Shown in pieces: positions 42,402 to 49,230 of a stretch of DNA of 49,230 nt. The stretch spans positions 1 through 49,230 of the forward strand of contig JAAOYC010000036.1 in the NCBI GenBank assembly GCA_018221125.1. The letters run 5' to 3'. The DNA comes from Candidatus Woesearchaeota archaeon (GTDB lineage: Archaea > Nanobdellota > Nanobdellia > Woesearchaeales > WJKL01). The notes under the pieces are model-generated. The model saw only the letters and a program-made list of their open reading frames with translations, made no database searches and was not told the origin of the DNA. Every line of letters begins with the position of its first letter. The first letter of the stretch is position 1. The position numbers were made by a program, and so were the translations under genes.

Positions 42402-43172
42402 ATGACAGAACAGATTCAAGAACAATATATAGAAAGATTAAGAGAAAGGACAGTTCTTGGAAATGTACTACGAGAAGTTGCTGAGTATATGGGCAGAAAA
42501 CCTCGTGAAGGAAAGATTTCTAGTCCTGCTAATGGGTATGATTCTGTTAGTCCAAGTGAGTTTTTTATGGGATATCCTAAAGCAAACCCTAGATTGTATA
42601 TAGTAAGGCAAGAACACCTTCCATTTGACCCAAATATTAAAGCAATATCTTCTACTGGAAGCAGACTGCTTCTAGAGACTTCTAAAGTAGATCATGAAAA
42701 ATGGGGAGATTGTCTAGAAGAATCAGTTATGCAGGCATATATCAAAGAAGGACAGAAAACAGTCCAACTTGATGAAACTCCTATAATCAAGACAAGAACA
42801 CAAAATGTAGCAGAAGAGGGAATAAATATGCGTACTCTTTTAACAATCCTCCCAAGATATAGAACTGCTGATTTTGAAGAAGCAATAGGTGCAATTGATG
42901 AGATGTATGCAAAAGGATGTTTTTTAGAAGACTTGACACAGAAAGAAGGATGGGGTGGCAGCCAAACTCCAGATGGAGAGAGAGTTCAAGAACTAAAAAT
43001 GGAATTACGACAAGTACAGACAATGGCACTATCAAGAGAACAATTACCTATTCTAACTCTAAAACAGATACCAACTACTTATATGATTCGTAAAAGAATT
43101 TTTAATGCTAAAATCTTACGAATGAATACACCAGAATTAGAAGCTTACTTAAAAAAAATTATAGGTGAATAA
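42402..43172 (+). CDS. hypothetical protein (operon gene H, 256 aa)
   Basis: Largest gene of the operon; no family recognised; ends ...KIIGE with its stop inside GGTGAATAA. Confidence 0.6.
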   Translation: MTEQIQEQYIERLRERTVLGNVLREVAEYMGRKPREGKISSPANGYDSVSPSEFFMGYPKANPRLYIVRQEHLPFDPNIKAISSTGSRLLLETSKVDHEKWGDCLEESVMQAYIKEGQKTVQLDETPIIKTRTQNVAEEGINMRTLLTILPRYRTADFEEAIGAIDEMYAKGCFLEDLTQKEGWGGSQTPDGERVQELKMELRQVQTMALSREQLPILTLKQIPTTYMIRKRIFNAKILRMNTPELEAYLKKIIGE

Positions 43173-43176
43173 AAAA

Positions 43177-43482
43177 ATGTCAGAAGAAATTCGTAATAAA
43201 GTAAAAGAACTGAACAATGCTGAATTAAATGCATTTCTTTATGAGTTGAGCTGTGAAAGCAGAGATGTTGAAGACAAAGAAACAATAGAAATCATGAAAG
43301 ACCTTGGACGGATTGCAAGAGATATCATGATTAGTAAAGGTCTTGTTAATCATCTTAGTAATGAAACTATGCAGCATGCATCAACTGATAGAACTGTCCC
43401 TAGTTATCTGGGCATGGAAGACTGGGATGAGTTAAAAATCCTCTATAAGATAATTGATGATCCTTATTCTCCGTCAGAATAG
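43177..43482 (+). CDS. hypothetical protein (operon gene I)
   Basis: ATG 8 nt after GGTGA; followed by an oligo-T tract at 43486-43500. Confidence 0.55.
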   Translation: MSEEIRNKVKELNNAELNAFLYELSCESRDVEDKETIEIMKDLGRIARDIMISKGLVNHLSNETMQHASTDRTVPSYLGMEDWDELKILYKIIDDPYSPSE

Positions 43483-43595
43483 AAATCTTTTTTTTCTTCA
43501 GCAACTGGATTTCTTCAAATATTAATTTTATAAAAACAAAAACTTTATAAATAAGAGTGACTTATACTCACATAAAATCACTTGAGGTGAGAATA

Positions 43596-43853
43596 ATGAC
43601 TATAAATCTAAGAGCTCAGATATCTGATTATGCCAATAGGGTATTAGGAGTAATAAAAGAAAAATACGGGCTAAAAGATAAATCAGAAGCAATAGATAAA
43701 TTTACTGAAATGTTTGGAGAAGAATTTGTAGAAAGTGAGGTAAAGGAAGATATTGTCAAGGATATGATCAAAGAATGTGAAGGGTGGGAGAGAAAACATA
43801 AATTTAAAAGAAAAATGTCTATAAAAGAATTAGATAAGCTATGCGGTATGTAA
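43596..43853 (+). CDS. putative antitoxin of a RelE-type module (paralog of 36297-36539)
   Basis: GAGGTGA Shine-Dalgarno 5 nt before the ATG at 43596; MTINLRAQISDYANRVLGVIKEKYGLKDKSEAIDKF. Confidence 0.6.
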   Translation: MTINLRAQISDYANRVLGVIKEKYGLKDKSEAIDKFTEMFGEEFVESEVKEDIVKDMIKECEGWERKHKFKRKMSIKELDKLCGM

Positions 43854-43854
43854 G

Positions 43855-44133
43855 ATGTTTGAGTTTGATATATCCTGCGAAATTAAGATATTAATAAGAA
43901 AACTTTTAAAAAAAGATAAAAAAAGAGTTGAAATTTTAAATAAAAAAATAAAAGAAATAATCAATAATAATGCAGAAACAATTGACAGATATCATAACTG
44001 CAGTTATGATTTAAAAGAATATAAACATGTTCATATTGATAAAAGTTTTGTGTTATTATTCAAAGTATATAAGGGGAAAAATATGATTTATTTTTGGAAA
44101 TTAAAACATCACGACAATCTCTTTAAGAAATGA
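43855..44133 (+). CDS. relE: RelE/ParE-superfamily toxin (paralog of 36541-36804)
   Basis: YDLKEYKHVHIDKSFVLLFKVYKGKNMIYFWKLKHHDNLF; 1-nt gap from the antitoxin gene. Confidence 0.65.
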   Translation: MFEFDISCEIKILIRKLLKKDKKRVEILNKKIKEIINNNAETIDRYHNCSYDLKEYKHVHIDKSFVLLFKVYKGKNMIYFWKLKHHDNLFKK

Positions 44134-44257
44134 GCTGTCCCTTTTTCTGGACTTAAGTCCATGAATGTGGACGAGTAATTTTATTTCTTTAACAACTGAA
44201 TCTGTTCAATAACTAATTTACCTGTGTTTTCTGCTTTTTTTCTTTTTAATTTCTTAA

Positions 44258-45142
44258 TTATTTTTTTGGAATGTTATAGTCATCATCCTCTCCTGTAAAC
44301 ATACCATCATTTGGGTTAATCAATTGTGTTTGTTGTGATCTTTCTTCTAATATTTTTTTAACTAGTTCTGGAGGGATTGAGCACATTGCCCCTATATCTT
44401 TTGAAGGGATTATAGGAACATCACTATGAGTAGTAAATAATCCATATTTCCCACTATCATATAATACTTCATTGTGAGAGCATAAAGCAAGAACATTGTC
44501 AGGTCTTTCTGTTATTTCTGATTCTGTGTTTTCAGGACCAAACATAGAGGGACGGAAGCTTACTTTGCAGACTTTTCTACCTGGTGCATAGTATAAGTCT
44601 CCATCGTGAGAACATAAAGAGTAGATAACTTCATCTAATTTTCTTTCTTCTTTATTTGTAAGTGTGTGATATACTGTTCTCCCTGCTGCATCTAATAAGT
44701 TTCCGTCATGGGAGCATAAAGCAAGAACTATGTCTTGTCTTTCTGCTATTTTTTCATCTGTTGATATTTTATATATCCCTTTTAAAGGTGCAGAATATAG
44801 TTCTCCATTGTGAGAGCATAAAGTATTATAGTCAATTAAAAAATACTTTGTTATTGTTGCATCTGATAATGTGTTACGTGCAGAGTATCTCCCTCCATCA
44901 TATAATTCTCCTTTATGTGGGCATAAAGCTTTAACTATTCCTGGTCTTTTTTTTATCAAGAGATCTTCATTTCCATTTACGTATAAGAATATTTTATTTT
45001 CAACAGCATAGACTAAACCATTCTCTCCTCCTTGTGTAAGTCTTTTTTCCAAAGGCTCTACTGGCTTTTCTTTTCTAGCCTTTAATCTAGCTTTATATCT
45101 GTTTACCAGTTCTTCATTTGTTTTTCCTTTGTTTATTGTCAT
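44258..45142 (-). CDS. repeat-protein paralog 5 (conserved basic N-terminus plus ~36-aa LCSHxGxLY repeats)
   Basis: MTINKGKTNEELVNRYKARLKARKEKPVE; units ALCPHKGELYDGG, TLCSHNGELYSAP, ALCSHDGNLLDAA, SLCSHDGDLYYAP, ALCSHNEVLYDSG; C-terminal AMCSIPPELVKKIL. Confidence 0.75.
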   Translation of the reverse strand: MTINKGKTNEELVNRYKARLKARKEKPVEPLEKRLTQGGENGLVYAVENKIFLYVNGNEDLLIKKRPGIVKALCPHKGELYDGGRYSARNTLSDATITKYFLIDYNTLCSHNGELYSAPLKGIYKISTDEKIAERQDIVLALCSHDGNLLDAAGRTVYHTLTNKEERKLDEVIYSLCSHDGDLYYAPGRKVCKVSFRPSMFGPENTESEITERPDNVLALCSHNEVLYDSGKYGLFTTHSDVPIIPSKDIGAMCSIPPELVKKILEERSQQTQLINPNDGMFTGEDDDYNIPKK

Positions 45143-45945
45143 TTTAAGACTCCTTTATTTTTTAAGATTCTTTCAACTAGGTCTGGAGGGACTGAGCACA
45201 TTGCTGCTGTATGTCCATCTGTCGGGGCAAGAAAAGGCATGTCATGTATAGTAGCGTAGATGCCGCCATATCTTCCTCCATCTAATAAATTGGTATTGTG
45301 AGAACATAAAGCTTCAACAAGGTCTGATCTTGATGCTACTCGATTTACCCCTTTTTTTGTGAAACAGAAAACGGAAAGTTTGTGTGCGTAATATAAGTTT
45401 CCGTCATGGGAGCATAAAGCATTGACTTGTGTTGCAATTGATATTTCTTCATTAGCTTGGGTTTTGAATATTCCAAGCCCTGCATCGTATAATTCTCCAT
45501 TATGGGCGCATAAAGCTTTAATTTCGCCGCGTCTTGCAGCTATTTTAATATTTGAGAAGATTTCTTGTATATATCTTGCATTTGCATCGTATAATATTTC
45601 ATTATGGGAGCATAAAGCGTTAACAGTTCTTTCTCTTGTTTTTACAATTCTGTCAGATGCTTCACTTACAGTACTTATACTATTTCCTGATGCTGCATAT
45701 AATTCTCCATTATGCACACACAAAGCATTAATAGTATCTATCCTAGATGTTAGAAAGATGCTATCTTTGAAATCTTGAGTTAAATATATTTTGTTGTTTA
45801 AAGCATAAACCAAACCATCCTTCGATGTTTTTTGTTCTACTGGTTCTTCTACTGGTTCTTCTACTGGCTTTTCTTTTCTAGCTTTTAATCTAGCTTTATA
45901 TCTGTTTACTAATTCTTCATTTGTTTTTCCTTTGTTGATTTTCAT
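45139..45945 (-). CDS. repeat-protein paralog 4
   Basis: Start at the ATG at 45945 (MKINKGKTNEELVNRYKARLKARKEKPVEEPVEEPVE), overlapping the upstream stop as ATGA; five LC[SVA]H units; AMCSVPPDLVERIL. Confidence 0.75.
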   Translation of the reverse strand: MKINKGKTNEELVNRYKARLKARKEKPVEEPVEEPVEQKTSKDGLVYALNNKIYLTQDFKDSIFLTSRIDTINALCVHNGELYAASGNSISTVSEASDRIVKTRERTVNALCSHNEILYDANARYIQEIFSNIKIAARRGEIKALCAHNGELYDAGLGIFKTQANEEISIATQVNALCSHDGNLYYAHKLSVFCFTKKGVNRVASRSDLVEALCSHNTNLLDGGRYGGIYATIHDMPFLAPTDGHTAAMCSVPPDLVERILKNKGVLK

Positions 45946-46760
45946 TTTTTTAATATTCTTTTGACCATTTCTGGCGGGACTGAGCACATTGTTGTTACCT
46001 TTTTTACATCTGGGATTATTACTTTTTTATCGAAGGTATCATATATGCCATCATAACTTCCTGCGTCAAGTAATCTTCCGTTATGAGAACATAGTGCAAA
46101 AATACCTTTCTCACTAATTCCTTTCATAATTGATGATTCATGGTATACTGAACGAGATTCTGTGTAATATAATTCATTTTTATGGAAACAGAAATCCTTG
46201 ATATCAAAATCTACAAGTAATCTTCTTTCGTTAGTTAATGTTTTAATTATAGTATTATCTATTGCAGCATATAACTCTCCTTTATGAGAACGTAGACGAT
46301 AAATTATACCATCTGGTCTTGCTAATTCTTCGTTTGTCTCTGTATTATATATGATAGTAAAAGGTTTTGGTTCAAGAGGCAATTCAGCAAACATTGCATC
46401 AACTAGTTTTCCGTTATGGGAACACATTGCTATGATAGATTTATCCCTTTCTCTGACTATTTCATTTGTGAGTGTGTTGCTTATCTTGCCTTTTGTGCTA
46501 TGTATGTGATATAATTCCCCATCATGATAACACAACTGATGACATGATTCACCTGTGTTTATTACATAGACAGGATTTTGTCTTGATTTTGTAGATAAGA
46601 ATACCTGGTTTAAAATTGCATAAACCAAACCGTTTTCTTCTTCTTCCAAAGGTTCTTCCAAAGGTTCTTCTACAGGTTCTGGTTTTTCTTTTCTAGCCTT
46701 TTTTCTAGCTAAATACTGTTTTACTAGTTCTTCATTTGTTTTTCCTTTGTTTATTGTCAT
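45942..46760 (-). CDS. repeat-protein paralog 3
   Basis: MTINKGKTNEELVKQYLARKKARKEKPEPVEEPLEEPLEEE; more diverged repeats (QLCYHDGELYH, AMCSHNGKLVD, RLRSHKGELYA, DFCFHKNELYY, ALCSHNGRLLD); TMCSVPPEMVKRIL. Confidence 0.75.
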   Translation of the reverse strand: MTINKGKTNEELVKQYLARKKARKEKPEPVEEPLEEPLEEEENGLVYAILNQVFLSTKSRQNPVYVINTGESCHQLCYHDGELYHIHSTKGKISNTLTNEIVRERDKSIIAMCSHNGKLVDAMFAELPLEPKPFTIIYNTETNEELARPDGIIYRLRSHKGELYAAIDNTIIKTLTNERRLLVDFDIKDFCFHKNELYYTESRSVYHESSIMKGISEKGIFALCSHNGRLLDAGSYDGIYDTFDKKVIIPDVKKVTTMCSVPPEMVKRILKK

Positions 46761-46763
46761 TTT

Positions 46764-47597
46764 TTACTTGTGTCTTCTTAAAGGCATGGTCATTGTGTCT
46801 CTAAGATAACCTTTTATTTTCCTTACAATATCTGGTCCAACTGAACACATTGCTGTTATAGCTCCTGTAGAAGGACTTATAACTCTGTTGTCTAGAGTGT
46901 CGTATATGCCTTCATACGCTCCAGCATCTAGTAATCTTCCGTTGTGAGAGCATAAAGTGTAAACCCTCTCATCTCTTTCTACCATAGTTTCATCTTTTAA
47001 TGAGCAGATTATCTGACGCTCTGCTGCTTCATATAACTCTCCGTTGTGGGAGCATAAAGAATAAATAATGGCTTGTCTTCTTCTAAAGAGGTCACTTTCA
47101 ATTTCTAATGTCTTACGAATATTTCCTCCTTCTGTACTATACAGTTCTCCGTTGTGGGAGCACAAAGCAGTGATATCACCCACAGGCCATCTGTCTGCTA
47201 CTTTTATGTTTATTAGTGTTTCATATATTTTGGTTCCTGATGCATCGTACAATTTGCCATCATGAGAACATAAAGCCTCAACATCTTTTTTTCTTATTTT
47301 TGTTATTCCATCAATAAATTTTAATGTTTTACAAATAGTTTTTCCATATGCATCATATAAGTCTCCGTCATGTACGCATAAATCATTAACTGTATGGTCT
47401 CTTGCTGCTATCCAGGTGTTATTTTCAAAATCTTGGGTAAGGTATATCTGCTTATCAAAAGCAATAACTAATCCACTTTCTCCTTCTTGAACCTTTTGTT
47501 CTAAAGGTTCTTCTACTGGTTTTTCTTTTCTAGCTTTTAATCTAGCATGATACTGCTCTATTATTTCTTCGTTTGTTTTTCCTTTATTGATTTTCAT
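46764..47597 (-). CDS. repeat-protein paralog 2
   Basis: MKINKGKTNEEIIEQYHARLKARKEKPVEEPLE; DLCVHDGDLYDA, ALCSHDGKLYDA, ALCSHNGELYST, SLCSHNGELYEA, TLCSHNGRLLDA; AMCSVGPDIVRKI. Confidence 0.75.
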   Translation of the reverse strand: MKINKGKTNEEIIEQYHARLKARKEKPVEEPLEQKVQEGESGLVIAFDKQIYLTQDFENNTWIAARDHTVNDLCVHDGDLYDAYGKTICKTLKFIDGITKIRKKDVEALCSHDGKLYDASGTKIYETLINIKVADRWPVGDITALCSHNGELYSTEGGNIRKTLEIESDLFRRRQAIIYSLCSHNGELYEAAERQIICSLKDETMVERDERVYTLCSHNGRLLDAGAYEGIYDTLDNRVISPSTGAITAMCSVGPDIVRKIKGYLRDTMTMPLRRHK

Positions 47598-48463
47598 TTT
47601 GGTTGTATATCTGTCTGGAGTTTATCCATAGTTTTTCTATCTATACTGAGCATTGCAAAGATTTGTGCATTTTTATCCATAAATTTCTTGCCAGATTCTG
47701 CATCGTATATTCCTCCTCCATCGATTGGAGAATAGAGCAGTCTTCCATTATAAGAGCATAAAGCTGAGATTGGGGGTGTTTGGGAAAATTCCACATTCTG
47801 ATGTGTAAGGTATATCCCTTCATAAACTCCTGCATCGTATAATTCTCCATCATGAGAACATAAGTCTCTAACAGCGCCATCTCTTTTTGCGATTATTGTC
47901 TCATAGGGTTGGTAATTATAAACACTGTGTATTCTTCCATTAGATAATGCTTTATGCAATTCTTCATCATAAGAGCATAAAGCAAAAACACCTGTCTCTT
48001 CTGTTGCTATATGTTTGCCTCTTACAATGAATCCTACTATTCCTGTGTTAATTGTGAAAATATCTTTTTCACTGGCTGCATATATCCTGCCGTCATGAGA
48101 GCATAAATCATTGATGTTTGGTTCAAACGTTGCTATTTGTTTATCTTTATTGACATTCCTCACCTTTCCTTTACCATACCCTTCATATAATTCTCCTTTG
48201 TGAATACATAAAGCAGTGATTATCTCGCCTCTGCTACTTATCACTCCTTCAGTACCTTGCGACTCATCATATAACCATATATTTCCTCCAGAGGCATAAA
48301 TCAGACAATCTTCTCCACTTGTATGGAGTCTTTCTTCCAGGGGTTTTTCTACTTTTTCTTCTAAAGGTTCTGGTTCTTCTACTGGCTTTTCTTCTCTAGC
48401 TTTTAATCTAGCTTTATACCTGTTTACTAATTCTTCGTTTGATTTTCCTTTATTGATTTTCAT
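47594..48463 (-). CDS. repeat-protein paralog 1
   Basis: MKINKGKSNEELVNRYKARLKAREEKPVEEPEPLEE; ALCIHKGELYEG, DLCSHDGRIYAA, ALCSYDEELHKA, DLCSHDGELYDA, ALCSYNGRLLYS; start overlaps the VWA stop as ATGA. Confidence 0.75.
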   Translation of the reverse strand: MKINKGKSNEELVNRYKARLKAREEKPVEEPEPLEEKVEKPLEERLHTSGEDCLIYASGGNIWLYDESQGTEGVISSRGEIITALCIHKGELYEGYGKGKVRNVNKDKQIATFEPNINDLCSHDGRIYAASEKDIFTINTGIVGFIVRGKHIATEETGVFALCSYDEELHKALSNGRIHSVYNYQPYETIIAKRDGAVRDLCSHDGELYDAGVYEGIYLTHQNVEFSQTPPISALCSYNGRLLYSPIDGGGIYDAESGKKFMDKNAQIFAMLSIDRKTMDKLQTDIQPK

Positions 48464-49230
48464 TTTTCTCTTAGTAAACTTATTGGCAATTTTTTGTAAT
48501 AACTGGAAACAAAATTAACCATTATCTTGCTTAAGTCATCATCTCCTTTTACATTGAAGACAGGAACTCCTATCTGTTCAAGATAACTAGAATACCCGGT
48601 ATCTGAGCCTATCTGGATGTGGGCATAATCTGATTCTGCAACTTTTTCTTTTAATCTTTGTTTTTGAGCATCACTTAGACTGAATTCTCCATCTGATATT
48701 GACAAAACAAATGAATCTGGAGCTATTTCTTCTTCTAGTGCATCTATATCAAAGCTTGTGTTTCCAGAAGGCATGACTAAGAGAGCTTCTGCAACTTCTC
48801 TTGCATTTCCCTTGATGACCTGCTCTCCTGAAAATCCTAATACGCAGTTGTCAATATAATTGGATACTCCCTGCCCTTCCAGGAAATTGTCTATTCCAAA
48901 ATATCCTTTTAATGCAAAGTGGTATTTGCTTTTGACTCCCCATGGAATAAAGCTTTTGTCTCCTGTATCAATATTCATACCATCTGGATGCCAAGCCATG
49001 CTTCCAGAACGGTCCATTAAAGCAATCTTTAGCTTAGGGAATCTTCTAGGATGTGTCTTGAATGAAACAGGGAATTTTATACTGTGTCTTGATGTTTTTA
49101 TTGCTAATTCTCCATTTTCATTGATTCCTATGCCTCTGTATCTTATTTTTCTTTCATCTTCTTCAACAAATTTTCTTCCATAATGCACTATAGGCATTGA
49201 AGCAGCATCTGTATAATGAGATGTTTCTAC
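48460..49230 (-). CDS. von Willebrand factor A (VWA) domain protein, 5' end probably outside the window
   Basis: MIDAS residues IALMDRSGSM (DxSxS), PSGNTSFD (T), LSISDGEF (D); the frame stays open from the ATG at 49197 up to the window edge (VETSHYTDAAS). Confidence 0.7.
   Translation of the reverse strand, partial: VETSHYTDAASMPIVHYGRKFVEEDERKIRYRGIGINENGELAIKTSRHSIKFPVSFKTHPRRFPKLKIALMDRSGSMAWHPDGMNIDTGDKSFIPWGVKSKYHFALKGYFGIDNFLEGQGVSNYIDNCVLGFSGEQVIKGNAREVAEALLVMPSGNTSFDIDALEEEIAPDSFVLSISDGEFSLSDAQKQRLKEKVAESDYAHIQIGSDTGYSSYLEQIGVPVFNVKGDDDLSKIMVNFVSSYYKKLPISLLREK

Noticed and set aside
36300-49230. Calling the right-hand accessory block an integrated mobile element or provirus
   Set aside because: No integrase, transposase, terminal repeats, capsid or packaging genes, or flanking tRNA target are visible in the window. 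Only the toxin-antitoxin density and orphan genes suggest a variable region.

Overview
This is an AT-rich archaeal chromosome fragment. The archaeal markers are TFB, Pth2, ribosomal protein S3Ae/eS1, many BRE+TATA promoters about 25 nt upstream of mostly leaderless first genes, GGTGA-type Shine-Dalgarno sites on internal cistrons, and an intron-containing tRNA. Several bacterial-type genes are mixed in: class II LysRS, GyrB, a CspA-like protein, NrtR and NadR/PnuC. I infer, without a search, that this mix suggests a small-genome DPANN-like archaeon. Bases 1-24000 hold housekeeping genes (pth2, tRNA, csp, lysS, rimK plus its protease partner, phoU-like, gyrB, rps3ae, ferredoxin) among many lineage-specific hypothetical genes. 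The same stretch carries a receiver/kinase-like gene coupled to a DHH phosphoesterase gene, and a wHTH-nucleotidyltransferase/HEPN cassette bracketed by a 38-bp direct repeat. Bases 25516-34510 hold a ten-gene minus-strand NAD salvage and ADP-ribose recycling operon (pncB, radical SAM, pncA, pnuC, nadR, nadE, Nudix, ADP-ribosylglycohydrolase, nadM-like, nadK). It sits behind an NrtR regulator gene and four TGTA-N5-TACA candidate operators. Bases 36300-49230 look accessory. They contain two paralogous RelE/antitoxin modules, a second HEPN/nucleotidyltransferase pair, and a TFB gene running without a promoter gap into nine tightly packed uncharacterised genes, which include a minimal nucleotidyltransferase and a catalytically dead paralog. 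Convergent to that operon is a VWA (MIDAS-intact) gene translationally coupled to five tandem paralogous repeat-protein genes. These last two operons share an ALCxHxGE sequence motif and are my best candidate for an undescribed system. I saw no rRNA, CRISPR array, transposase or integrase. All family calls rest on motifs recognised by eye, not on database searches.
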